In this document: in pieces, positions 44,309 through 57,909 of the stretch
How the letters are laid out: every line of letters starts with the position of its first letter
Numbering within the stretch: the first letter of the stretch is position 1
Source: Tubulanus polymorphus
Taxonomy: Eukaryota > Animalia > Nemertea
Direction of reading: 5' to 3'
Length of the DNA stretch: 64,000 bases
NCBI RefSeq assembly: GCF_964204645.1
Contig: NC_134028.1
Coordinates: 20,456,345 to 20,520,344, forward strand
Notes under the pieces: model-generated
The model's input: the letters and a program-made list of their open reading frames with translations, nothing else
What the model was told of the DNA's origin: nothing
The model's database searches: none
Translations under genes and position numbers: made by a program

Positions 44309-45064
44309 CTAGTTTCCCAGTTGTTTCAATGCTGTTTCCAAAGATTTCAAATTTTACTTAAATCTTTCACATTGTTTCTTGCGAAATCGATAATCAGCGA
44401 TTTACCTTGAATTGAATTGAAGATTGTCGGCGAAATGTTACCTAGTAGATCCGTTGACTTAAGATCGTCCAAGATATTGCTTTGGACGATAGTATCGCAA
44501 TCTAATTTACTCAGTGGTCCCGATATGGCCTTGCCATAAAACTCGACAGCATGAGATGATACCTGCCAATAAAAACAAACGCAATCGAAAATGCTTTTTC
44601 TTGGTAAATCCTTAAGATACAACAGTGAAAATCATGATTATAAGAATACTAAGAGGTTATAAATAATTGGCACTATTTCCAGTCTTGAATACAATTGCAT
44701 AAAAACCCACAATATAGATCTTAAACAACAGTTATTATTTCATTCTAACGTTTCGGGTTGAATACTTCCACTCATTTTCAGAGATTTGTTTCAAATACTG
44801 AGATGTATATCCGTCAATTCGTCTTTCCCTGAAGAATATCAACTGCACGTTGGACCAAGAAGGTTGGTAGACTTTAGGTTCATGAGTGTAGCTGCGATGG
44901 ATTAACTCTACATATTACATTCGATTGGTGAATCGCTTTGACGATACAGCGTTTCCTCTTTATAGGGAATTATTTACCTTGCTACATGTACTTTCATCAG
45001 CAATGGCATCGGTTGAAACCCAGAAAACCGCTAGAAAAACCACCAAAAAACTGATCAATTTCAT
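44309..45064 (-). pseudogene. family X copy H (L-type); exons 45064-44978 and 44562-44309, with a 1-nt deletion near the 3' end
   Basis: Colinear with copy L, but one T fewer in the run at about 44352 gives DLSKI* at 44347. This could be a homopolymer sequencing error. Confidence 0.65.
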
Positions 45065-47285
45065 GTTGTCTCTGGAAAACTGCAATCAGATCATAGAAAT
45101 AGAGACTGGTTTCCGGCAGTGTCAGAACAGGAGACTGGTTCCCGGCTGTGTCAGACCTATAGATATTACGAGTGATCTTACCTGTATGATATGTGTTGAG
45201 ATTTAGCGTGGTGTTGAAGCGACTGACGAATGTCTCATTTTGTCGATTGAATCTTGCCAGTTTTATACATATTTTGGGATGAATAATATTTGATCAGAAG
45301 TTGCTTAACGGTTTCACATTATATATCCAACTCAGTAGATTCAATTCCAACTATTTACAGGATCGATTCGATTATTTTTGCTTTGTTTAATCTGTCTGGC
45401 CCTGTTTTTCTACTGTATATTGCTGGAAATTTGAAGGACGATGGAGGTTTAATATTTTTCACCCACATATGAATAAAATCTTGTAAAAGGCTACTTTATG
45501 AACTGTATATTCAAATATTAATTGAATTGCATCCGGTTCCACAGTTCCACATTTCCACAGTAGAATTATTCAAATTATTGAAAACTCGTAAATCAAATAT
45601 AACCAAACTTTAGAACTTTGTCCTGGACTGTGGAACGGGATCCTAAGTAAGCAAGTCCTGAAGTGTGAAAAAGTGTGGTAAAAGTAAGTAGAAGTAGGTC
45701 ATGAAGTGTGGAACTTGGCCCACAACTGTAAAAGTAGGTCCAGAACAATGGAACTGCGTCGGCAACTGTAGAAAGTAGTCCACAATTGTGGAACTTGCTC
45801 TACAACTGTAGAAGTAGGTCATGAAGTGTGGAACTTGGTACACAACTGTAAAGGAAGTTCCAGAACAATGGAACTGTGTCGACAACTGTAGAAAGTAGGT
45901 CTAGAAACGTGGAACTTGCTCTACAACTGTAGAAACATGTCCAAAACTGTGGAACTGTTTCCAAAACCGTAGAATGGGCCCGAACTGGGTCGACAAGTAA
46001 GGAAGGTGCATTTCTGTGGAACTCGATCCAAAAATTAGGTCTACACCAAGACTGTGGAACCGGGAAAACTGTAATTAGAGAGTTTTCAGAACTTTGTCCA
46101 AAACTGTGGAAATGGATCTAGTTTTATGGAACTTGGCAGGAGTGTCGAACTGAAAACTGTGAAAAACTGCGGGATTGGCTCTCTTGGAAAAGTTCGAAGT
46201 TTTGACATAAGAATCTATTCTATATCGTGTGTTTTCGGTATCTGCAGTTGAAATTGACGAGAACTTGTTCAATTTGGGGAAAATCGGCGAAAAAACCAAT
46301 TACGCCAAACGTTTTAACAGTAGTAAATATCAATAAAATCATTGATTGCATCGATCACGAGTTAGGTTCTATTCAAACTGACTATTGATTATTCGTAGAT
46401 GATAGCTTTGATCAGATCCCCTCTATAGGAAACATCCAAGTCATGTGTAGAAGTTTCTGCCACATTTTGAATTTGCCAAAAAGAATCTGCATGATAAAAA
46501 TTGTTAGCTTGAAAAAATCTAATGAATTTGAAACCGTAGGGCAGTCTAGGGGTACCGTAATAACTTCTCCCTATCCTGAACAGACAGAGTATCATCAAAC
46601 ACATGACCTTTCAAACTTATTGTATTGCAAGGCCGCACTTATTACACATTGTTTTCTATTATACCATGACCCCGAGAGCTGGTGTAGAATTTGACCTTGT
46701 ACCTGATTGCACTCGTTCAGTAAAAATAGTCTATATTTTCAGAACAACAAAATTTGTATTTAAAAATATGGAAATACGATTGTATAATGCTTTGTTTCAG
46801 GGTGAAATGAAGGTGATTTTAAAGATTGCGGTTTATGTCGGGTTTGGTTGTGGTATCACCAGTATGCTTTGCCTTCTAAGGAGCCTCCGGAAGTGTTATA
46901 AGTGACATTGTGAATTTTTTTTATTAACTTGCGTCCGATCGAAATGTTTTGCGACGTAGAAACTAAATAATTTTTTTCGTAGAAACGAAAATGTGTGACA
47001 TGGTGGAAAATATTATTTTCTAACTAACTGTGGGTTAGGATCAGAAAAAGAGGTTTGGGGTGTCTTGCCCATTACTCGCACTCCCAATTAAGGCACAGGC
47101 ACTCCACCGTTGCACGGATAGCCGGAAGCTTGTTGTAAGTGTTCTTACCCCAAAGCCTTCTAAAAAGCCTTCGCAAAATTACCCCTCAGACAATAACCCT
47201 TCGCAAATGATCCCCAAAAATAACACATCACCTTCGAATTGCCCCAGAATAACAACCCCCAGACAACTCATGGAGATTGCCAACC

Positions 47286-47362
47286 CTACATTGAAGCATT
47301 CCATCCGTCGCGTGAAAGGTGAATGCTTGAATTACATCAGCTCCAGCTAGAGCAAATTCTTT
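47286..47362 (-). pseudogene. isolated fragment of BHMT exon 2 at a rearrangement junction
   Basis: About 77 bp matching 24316-24392; minus strand reads [25 protein letters not shown]. Confidence 0.85.
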
Positions 47363-48732
47363 AGGCTCACAACCTGACAGAGTTACCAGAGCTTAGTCCA
47401 TGCATGTGTCTGGACAGCCAGATGTGGTTTCGATCTAGGGACCTCTTGGTTCCCAGTCCTCCACTCAAACAACTGCACGAGACCCCAATCTCAACGATAA
47501 CAAGTAATTCGGTTCATCTGCGTTAGAAAACCAATTAAACAGTTTAGAAACGCCAGAAAAAAGATTTGTTTCAACTTGACATGTTCAATAAGAGAGCTGA
47601 TACCTGTAGGTTTGACCGATGTGTGGGCGTGTCTTCCGGCTGTCACTGACAGCTGTGTCTGGCTGTCCGGCAACGAACGCCATTTTTCACATTCCTGTCC
47701 GCCGAGATATTTCTTATAGACGAGTGAATTAAACCTGAAGGCGTACGGTATTAAATACTGTGACAGTGGTTCTCTTTTGGAACGAGGTTTAACTGAGCCC
47801 GACTGTAAATCAACTGTTATAAAAACTCCCACAAAGCAATGCGAACGGGAAATAAGTCTGAAATTGTTTATTTTTTGCTTATTCATAATAAGGGCCGGAG
47901 ACAACTGGGCCTCAGTCAAACTGTGAATACCAGTCGTATCAACTGATTCTCATCAAGCTGTAAAATCGTCTTGAAAGTGAAAATTTTCAGTTTTTTGACA
48001 AGCCGCCATCATTAGTCTCCACCGACCTTGACCTAGTAGAGGTGTGTCGCAAATACAAATTAACTATATACCATTTATATATGAGCTGAGCAATTCAACA
48101 TGGAATTTTGATCTTGAAAATCTTTAACAGTTTGAAAATTGACGTGACAATAGCTTAACCCGCGTATGCAGAAAATCGACGGTCGACCACTTGCACGCTT
48201 TGCACTGATCAACCCGTGGTCACGCGCGTTTCTATGAAGATAGTTTTACGAATGCAGTATAAACAAAATCCTCGGATGAAACTCTATATTGAAAAATTCT
48301 AAATTGTATCTCAAAAAGTTAAAAAGTTACAGACAATGACACAGAATTACCAACTTTTTTGAGGCGCCTTCTTAAAAGTGACGCATCTTTTTTGTATCCG
48401 ATTGTTGCAGCCGAGAAAAATGAAATAAACAATCAGAAAAAAAATTGTCAACTTTCTAACGATTCATAAGTTTAGATTTTGTGCCTAAGGAGGCATGGAC
48501 GACAATTAATCGCACTAAAGGTTTTAGTTTAGAACATGTTAAAATCTGCGGGACAATGCGGGACCCGCTGAAAATGGCACCTGGTAACTGAATGACACTT
48601 TCCTACTGTAATTAAATATTCGATGAATGACACGAGTTTAATATTTGGTTTCTACAAATCGAGTTTCTCGATTCAAATCTCTCAAAATTCACGTTTGGGG
48701 GGCTTTTTGCTTATGTTTTATTTTGCCATTTT

Positions 48733-49230
48733 AACCCGTGGTCACCAGTATAAACTGAACGTGATTCGATCTTTATCGAAAGTGGGACAATCGTTTTATA
48801 CACGTAGGATATTAAGCCGTTGGAACAATCTTCCGTCAGATGTCGTATGTGCTCCGTCCTTAAACTGTTTCAAAAATAGATTAGACCGACACTGGGTTAC
48901 AGTCGGTGAGGATATCTACGCGTTTTAACTTTGTATTGTATCTACAAGTTTCGTCCAGCCCGTTACTTGCTAATTGAGAATATTCTGCATCGTTAAATTT
49001 GTTGTGTTATTAGCTACGTATTATCAACAAATCAAGCGGCTCCGATATGTATTTTGACAATATATAGTTTAAACTTAATGCGCACTCTCGAGTTATTTTT
49101 CTGTAATATAAATTTGCTTTAGACCCGTAAGGGTTATTCCGCAACAACTTATGAACTGAACTGAACTGAACTCAACTCAACTCAACTCAACTCAACTGAA
49201 CTGAACCGAACTGAACTCAACTGAACTGAA
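48733..49230 (+). mobile_element. 5'-truncated CR1-type LINE 3' end with (AACTG)n tail
   Basis: Reads TRGHQYKL..FYTRRILSRWNNLPSDVVCAPSLNCFKNRLDRHW; pentanucleotide tail at 49154-49230; absent from the paralogous site near 29545. Confidence 0.88.
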
Positions 49231-50395
49231 CATTAATCAATTCAAACGCAATTCTTCAAAGTCAAGATAACTGTATGAATTTTTCGGAAAAATAAATCAA
49301 ATATGATTGATAAACTTGTCTTCCTCGTAGGACCACGCGCTGTTCTAGTCAGGTTCTCTACTCTCTAAACAGCCCCTTGGACACCATGTTCCCGTATCGA
49401 CCCTTCCCATCTGTCCCTACTTTCTAGGGCAGTCCCGTGGACACAATGCTCCTATGTCTCGAACTTTCACGTCTCTACTCGTAGACGGAATCCAGTTATT
49501 TTTGGTTCAAAGTTTCAAAGACGTGCACGTGTATCTAGTCAGACTCCGGCCACCTCATTGTCTGTATCCTATTTTGTTATTTTTCATTTGTACATATTGA
49601 TGGTGACAAATAAACTACTATACTATACTATCTACCCTAGACACATCTTGAGCCCAAAAACCGGCCTTGGCATAATCAAGATGGCCTACTGGCACAGCCA
49701 TTGTTGTTCGCCAAAATCAGCACTTTTCACACATTTTTGAAGATTTTGAGGGAAATTTTGAAGACGCTTAAATCATTTACCTTGATCTTTCGCATGAATC
49801 CCCCAAGGGCCCATCAGTATGAGAGAAAAAAACGAAATATAGCGCAAAAACGAAATAAGTGCAAAAACAAAAGTATTCGATTTTGCTCTGTGATTTTTGG
49901 CTCCATAATATTCGTTTTTGCGCCCGTTGTAGCTCATGACATGTACTATAATTGTGGTGAGTTTCGATGTTATTGGGTTTTGCATATGGTCACCAGGGGG
50001 CGTTGAAGAGTAGAATACTTAGCATTTCCTTAATATACTGGTACTTAGGCATATTTTGATATCACAATCAATTACAAAATCGTAGCTGCTGACATGTTCT
50101 ATGATTGTGAGTTTTCAGATCATTGGTTTTTGTATATGGTCACCAGGGGGCGTTGAATATTGAAATTGTTATGATTGTTGAGCATCTGAAACCATTCCCA
50201 AGTGGGCATGGTGTGACTCGGTCTCTTCCTACTGTATATGATTAGTTTTGCCAAAATACATAAGGAGGATTTTTTTATTTTCCTTGTAATAAATTTACAG
50301 CACCGTTACAAACATTAAGATACTTCTTGTCTCTTTAGCCTGAGAGGACTATTGCGTTTACCTCTCCGTGCAAACTGAAATGCATGACAATGGCA

Positions 50396-50510
50396 TCTGC
50401 CTGCCTGCCTGCCTGTCTGTCTGTCTGTATGTCTGTCTGTCTGTCTGTCTGCCCGTCAACCAATCTTTTGGGTACCTCTGTTATGGTACCCAAAAGATTG
50501 GTTGACGGGC

Positions 50511-50567
<57 letters not shown>

Positions 50568-50573
50568 GGCAGA
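50396..50573. repeat. near-perfect hairpin: (CTGT)n + 26-bp unique arm, 8-nt loop, inverted arm + (ACAG)n
   Basis: GCCCGTCAACCAATCTTTTGGGTACC-TCTGTTAT-GGTACCCAAAAGATTGGTTGACGGGC at 50451-50510. Confidence 0.95.
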
Positions 50574-51401
50574 TTTGAGAGATTTGAATCGAGAAACTCG
50601 ATTTGTAGAAACCAAATATTAAACTCGTGTCATTCATCGAATATTTAATTACAGTAGGAAAGTGTCATTCAGTTACCAGGTGCCATTTTCAGCGGGTCCC
50701 GCATTGTCCCGCAGATTTTAACATGTTCTAAACTAAAACCTTTAGTGCGATTAATTGTCGTCCATGCCTCCTTAGGCACAAAATCTAAACTTATGAATCG
50801 TTAGAAAGTTGACAATTTTTTTTCTGATTGTTTATTTCATTTTTCTCGGCTGCAACAATCGGATACAAAAAAGATGCGTCACTTTTAAGAAGGCGCCTCA
50901 AAAAAGTTGGTAATTCTGTGTCATTGTCTGTAACTTTTTAACTTTTTGAGATACAATTTAGAATTTTTCAATATAGAGTTTCATCCGAGGATTTTGTTTA
51001 TACTGCATTCGTAAAACTATCTTCATAGAAACGCGCGTGGCCACGGGCTGATCAGTGCAAAGCGTGCAAGTGGTCGACCGTCGATTTTCTGCATACGCGG
51101 GTTAAGCTATTTTCACGGCAATTTTCAAACTTTTAAAGATTTTCAAGATCAAAATTCCATGTTGAATTGCTCAGCTCATATATAAATGGTATATAGTTAA
51201 TTTGTATTTGCGACACACCTCTACTAGGTCAAGGTCGGTGGAGACTAATGATGGCGGCTTGTCAAAAAACTGAAAATTTTCACTTTCAAGACGATTTTAC
51301 AGCTTGATGAGAATCAGTTGATACGACTGGTATTCACAGTTTGACTGAGGCCCAGTTGTCCCCGGCCCTTATTATGAATAAGCAAAAAATAAACAATTTC
51401 A

Positions 51402-53378
51402 GACTTATTTCCCGTTCGCATTGCTTTGTGGGAGTTTTTATAACAGTTGATTTACAGTCGGGCTCAGTTAAACCTCGTTCCAAAAGAGAACCACTGTCGC
51501 AGTATTTAATACCGTACGCCTTCAGGTTTAATTCACTCGTCTGTCAGAAATATCTCGGCGAACAGGAATGTGAAAAATGGCGTTCGTTGCCGTACAGCCA
51601 GACACAGCTGTCAGTGACAGCCGGAAGACACGCCCACACATCGGTCACACCTACAGGTATCAGCTCTCTTATTGAACATGTCAAGTTGAAATAAATCTTT
51701 TTTCTGGCGTTTCTAAACTGTTTAATTGGTTTTCTAACGCAGATGAACCGAATTACTTGTTATCGTTGAGATTGGGGTCTCGTGCAGTTGTTTGAGTGGA
51801 GGACTGGGAACCAAGAGGTCCCTAGATCGAAACCACATCTGGCTGTCCAGACACATGCATGGGCTAAGCTCTGGTAACTCTGTCAGGTTGTAAGCCATAA
51901 CAACCTATAAAAAGGCCTTGGTCGTCTCTTAAGAACCACTAGGGTTACACTGTTACTTGCTGCTGGGACCCAAAACTCTTCTAATTACACGCTAGGTGGC
52001 GTTACGGCAATAGAAACTTGTCCTATGTATTGGACACCGTCTGAAACAACTGGAAGCTCGTAAGTATCACCTGCTAAGAGGTTCCCGGGTACTTGTAAGT
52101 AATATCCGCACACCCCTTTTGGGGGAACTGTAAACTTCGAATCGTCAATGAAATCAATACATCACTAAATTCATTTCTAATGCCAAAAGAATTATTTATT
52201 TGCATAAAAATTTGAATCGTATAGAACAAGGAAACGCGAAACCTACAGAATTAGAAAATACATCTTCTAGTATAATGCGATGCTGTTCAAATTATCCATC
52301 ATTTCTATATACATATCTAGTTTTCTAGTTTTTTCAATGCATTTTTCAGAGATTTCAAATGGTTTCTTAGATCTTTGGCATTTTTTCGTACGTAATCGAA
52401 AATCAGCGATTTGCCTTGTTTTGACTTGAAGACTTTCGACAAAACGCTAGGTAGTTGTGAACCTTATTTTTGGAAAAGAGTTGTTGTAAGAAGTCTATAT
52501 TCGGGATTGGAAACTTCCGCGGAATCCTCAAAAGATTGGATTCGAACCTTTTACGGTATGTTCCATTGCGCATGTCTATTGCACGCGACAGAACAATAAT
52601 CTCCCGTTCGATATGGCTTCGATGTTAGACGTGAAAGATGAAACTAGGAAAAGATTTTCATATTTTAGTGTTGTTTGCGAGTTTATATCGATATTGTTTA
52701 TAGGTAATTCGATTTTCAGACTTATTTCCCGTTTGCATTGCTTTGTGGGAGATTTTATAACAGTTGATTTACAGTCGGGCTCAGTTAAACCTCGTCTCAA
52801 GAGAGAAACCACTGTCACAGTATTTAATACCGGCCGGACGCCTTCAGGTTTAATTCACTCGTCTGTCAGAAATATCTCAGCGAAAAAGAATGTAAAAAAT
52901 GGTGTTCGTTGCCGTACAGCCGGACAGAGCTGTTAGCGACAGCTGGAAGACACGCCCACACATCGGTCACACCTACAGGTATAAGCTCTCTTACTGAACA
53001 TGTCGAGTTGAAACTTATATCTTTTTTCTGGCGCTTCTAAACTGTTTAATTTGTTTTGAACCGAATTACTTGTTATCGTTGAGATTGGGGTCTCGTGCAG
53101 TTGTTTGAGTGGAGGACTGGGAACCAAGAGGTCCCTAGATCGAAACCAGATCTGGCGTTGGCTGTCGAGACACTTGCATGGACTCAGCTCTGGTAACTCT
53201 GTCAGGTTGTGAGCCATAACAACCTATAAAAAGGCCTTGGCCGTCTCTTAGGAACCACTAGGGTTAAAGTGTTACTAGCTGCTGGGACGAAAAACTCTTC
53301 TTATTACATGCTAGGTGGCGTTACGGCAATATAAACTTGTTCCATGTATTGGACACCGTCTGAAACAACTGGAAGCTT
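51402..53378 (+). pseudogene. two tandem class B GPCR ectodomain remnants (51402-52060 and 52720-53378), unit 3
   Basis: Paralogous to 30414-32415. Confidence 0.7.
52317..52465 (-). pseudogene. family X fragment (3' half of the last exon)
   Basis: Same breakpoint as 9154-9302. Confidence 0.85.
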
Positions 53379-53650
53379 GTAAGTATCGCCTGCTAAGAGG
53401 TTCCCGGGTACTTGTAAGTAATATCCGCACACCCCTTTCTGGAGAACTGTAAACTGCGAATCGTCAATGAAATCAATGCATAACTAAATTCATTTCTAAT
53501 GCCAAAAGAATTATTTATTTGCATTTTCAAGCACTGATACAAATTTGAATCGTATAGAACAAGGAAACGCGAAACCTACAGAATTAGAACATACATCTTC
53601 TAGTATAATGCGATGCAGGTCAAATTATCCATCATTTCTAAATACTTTTT

Positions 53651-54185
53651 CTAGTTTTCTTTATTTTTTTTCAATGCATTTTTCAGAGATTTCAAATTGT
53701 TTCTTAGATCTTTGGCATTTTTTCTTACGTAATCGATAATCAGCGATTTGCCTTGTTTTAACTGAAATACTTTCGCCAAAACGCTAGGTAGTTGTGAACC
53801 TTTTAACTTTAGATCGTCCAAGATCTTGCTGTTGACGATAGTTTCGCAATCTAATTTGCTCAGTGGTCCCGATATGGCCTTGCCGTAACGTTCGACAGCA
53901 AGAGATGATACCTGTCGATGAAACCAAACACATAATTGAAAATGCTATTTCCCGGAAAACCCTTTTAAATACAACACTGAGATTATAAGAATTTTAAGAG
54001 GTTATAGTGAGTGTAGCTGCGATGGATTAACACACGTGATATGATTGAAAAAAACGCTTTTTGACGATTACAGCGTTTTCTCTTTATAGACAGATATTTA
54101 CCTTGCGACATGTACTTTCATCAATGGCATCGGTTGAAACCCAGAAAACGGCCAGAAAAACCACCAAAAAACTGATCAATTTCAT
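53651..54185 (-). CDS. family X copy J (114 aa, A-type); exons 54185-54102 and 53911-53651
   Basis: Frame open; variants VERYGKAISG and VFQLKQG. Confidence 0.85.
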
Positions 54186-57100
54186 GTTGTCTCCGTAAAA
54201 CTGTAATCAGATCATAGAAATAGAGATTGGTTTCCGGCAGTGTCAGAACTGGAGACTGGTCCCCGGCTGTTTCAGAAATACAGATATCATAGTGATCTTA
54301 CCTGTTTAATGTGTGTTGAGATTTAACGTGCTGTTGAAGCGACTGACGAATGTTTAATTTTGTCGATCGAATCATGCGAGTTTTATACATATTTTGGGCT
54401 GAATAATATTTGATCAGAAGTTGCTGAACGGCTTCACATTAAACATCCCACTCAGTAGATTTAATACCAACTATTTACAGGATCGAGATTCGATTATTTC
54501 TGCTTTGTTTAATCTGTCTGCATCTGTTTTTCTACTGTATATTGCTGGAAATTTGAAGGACGATGGAGGTTTTACATTTCAATCGACAATTCCACAAAAG
54601 AGTCAACTTATTATAGTAAATAAACTCATTTTAACTAAACTCATAAAAGATAAACTCATTTTAACTCTTGAGTCAAATTCAACTGAACTTAGGTACTTTG
54701 TCCAGGACAGTGTAAATGGATCCTAGAAACAAGTCTAGAAGTGTGGAACTTGGTCAAAAACTGTAGAAGTAGGTCCAGAACTGGATCTATTATGCGGCTT
54801 TCATGAATTATATTTATGGGCTTTCAGGAATATTATTGAGCTTCAGTTATTTCAGTTGTTAAACTATAGCAACAAGTAATGTACGGAAACTGGAGTTCAT
54901 GGCATGTGTCGCTATTATCAGACAACCTGCGTTGATGCTTGCGTCACACGTATAAAACAATAACAGTAAGAAGATTTTAACAGAAACCCGATACTGGAGA
55001 AATGACACAACCGCATCACTGGTTAACATTTAGCAACCATACCAGATCCACAACACTGTCGAAGTAGGCCTAGAAATGTGGACCTGGGTCCACAACTACG
55101 AAGTAGGTCTACAACTGTGAAACTGGGCCCACAACTACAACTTCACATTATTGATAAAATCATTGATTGCACTGATCACCAGTTAGGTTATATTCAAATC
55201 CACCATTAATTATTCGTATCAATTAGATGACAATGATAGGTTTAATCAAATCCAATCTCTATAGGAAACAATACAAGTCATTTCTAGAAGTTTCTGCCAC
55301 ATTTTGAATTTGCCGAAAATCTGCATGATTGAAAATTGCAAAAACGGGAGGGACTGAGGCAGTCTAGGGGTACCGTCTGACAAAGCCCCGGACGGTGTTG
55401 AGACATAATAATGTTTAAACGCTGATATTTGAGTTCACACAGTTCACTTGTCCCTAACGCTAGCACGGTATATATCACACGAGCAAACAAGCGATCATTT
55501 AGACAAACGTCATATTGTGTTACAAGATTATTTCGTTAATCTTTTTCATTCGAACGAAATGTTTTCTTGGGAACGGCTTTTTTTTCTAACGAAAAGTTCC
55601 TCGTGGGAACGACACGTTTTTCGTTCGAGCGAAATGCTTGTTTTTTGATGGTAGCCAATTTCCCCTAACCCCTTAATCTATGGACGAGGTGGTCATACAG
55701 ATTATCAAGGAGATCAGTGCCATTTGTCAGTCAAAGACCGATTCCGTAACTACCTAATATCCATTAAATCCTCCTAATATATGTTACTAACCCTTTATGT
55801 ATAGAAAGTAGCCGAAATATTGTATGATTCTCATTTTGTTTCAATGATTACGTTGATTATAATGGAATGTTACCTGAATCGAGCATAAGATTAACTACTA
55901 GTGGATCGATCACGCATTTGGAATTATAATCTAACACCCCAATGAAGTACCCCCTTTAAAATCACGTGAGCACCGCCCTTTACGTTCATACATGTATATG
56001 ACATTCCGGTCGAAAACTCCGGTCGAGAATTCCTTCTTGTAAGAATAAATAAGGATATTTTTTCATCGTGTCACCTGCGGGGGCAAGGCAAAGCATACTG
56101 GTGATATATTACAACCAAACCCGACATAAACCGCAATCTTTAAAATCACCTTCATTTCACCTTGAAAAACTGCATTATACAATCGCATTTCAACAGTTCC
56201 TGCATTTGCGCAGATTTTTTTTTAGATCAATCTTGTTATTCAGAAAATCTAGACTATTTTTGCAGATCGAGTTCGATCAGGCGCAAGATTGAATTCTACA
56301 CTAGCTCTCAATCGAATAATTGTGTAATACAATGTGTAATCAGTTGTTATGACTTGCAACAGAATATGACGTTTGTCTAAATGATCGTGTGTTTCATCAC
56401 GGGATATATACCGTATATACCGTGTAAGCGTTAGGGGACACGTGAACTGTGTAAACTAAAATATCAGTGTTAAAACATCATTTTGTCTGAACACCGTCCG
56501 ACGCTTATTCAGACGGTACCCCTAGACTTCATCGCCCCCTTCCCATTTAAAATTCACGTTCCTAAGGTTTACAATTCATGAGCATGCAGATTTGTCGGCA
56601 TGAATTCAAACCGTGGCAGAAACTTCAAGACCTGCCTTGGAGTATTTGCCATAGAGGTGATCTGATAAAACCGACCATTGCCATCTAATTAATACCAACG
56701 AATCGATGATCGGTTTGTAAAGAATCTTACTGGTGATCAATGCAATCAATGATTTTATTGATTTTCACTGCGTTAAAACAATCGACGTAATGCGTTATTT
56801 TCGCCCATTCTCCCCAAATTAAACAAGTTCTCGTCGATTTATTGCAAATACAGAAAAAACACAGAATATGTAAGTCAAAACGTCCTTTTTTCAGGTTGAG
56901 ACCCAATTCCGCAGTTTTGCCCATGAGTTCCACACTCCTGGACAAGTTCCATAAAACGAGATTCTGTTCCACAGTTCCGGATCTATTTCCACGTGTGGAC
57001 CCAATTCTACAGTTCTGCATGGACCCTCCAGTTGTGGACCCAGCTACGCAGTTCTGAATCTATCTACCGTTTTGGATCCAGTTCCACGGTAATGGAGATA

Positions 57101-57909
57101 CGTCTACAGCTTGGTCCCAGTTCCACAATTATGGTACTACTTCTACCGTTGTGGATCCAGTTCCAGCTGGGCGCATTTCAACCATTGTCGATCGGTTATA
57201 TAGTTCTCGACCTGCTTCTACAGTTGTGGACCCTGTTCCACAGTTCTGGATCTACTTCTACAGTTTAAGACCCAGTTCCACACTTCTGGACCCGTTTCTA
57301 CAGTTGTTGGCCAAGTTCCACAGATGTGGACCTACCCCTACAGTTGTGGTCATGACTCCACACTTCTGGATTTGCTTATTTAGGATCCAGCGCCACAGTC
57401 CTGGACAAAGTTCCTAAGTTCGGTTGAATTTGACTCAAGAGTTTGAAAATGAGTTCATTTTCAATAAGTTGCCTCTCTGTGAAATTGTGGAACTGTAGAA
57501 CCGGAAGTAGTTCGTATGATATTTGAATCTAAAGTTTAAATCTTGTCTTTTACAATAATCAATTCATGTGTCCATAAAAAATATGTCGAACCTCCATCGT
57601 CCTTCAAATTTCCAGCAATATAGAGTAGAAAAACAGGGCCAGACAGATTAAACAAAGCAAAAATAATCGAATCGATCCTGATAAATAGTTGAAATTAATT
57701 CAGCAACTTCTGATCAAATATTATTCAGACCAAAATGTATAAAACTGGCAAGATTCAATCGACAAAATGAGACATTCTTCAGTCGCTTCAACAGCACGTT
57801 AAATCTCAACACACATTATACAGGTAAGATCAATTCTTATATTGGTAGTTCTGACTGCCGGGAACCAGACTCTATTTCTATGATCTGATTGCAGTTTTTC
57901 GGATACAAC

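Larger units (their letters stand above)
47364..51896. repeat. large inverted repeat: arms 47364-48686 and 50574-51896, spacer about 1.9 kb
   Basis: The arms are reverse complements and share variants missing from units 1 and 2 (GGAAAGTGTCATTCAGTTACC; CCTCGTTCCAAAAGAG). Confidence 0.88.
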
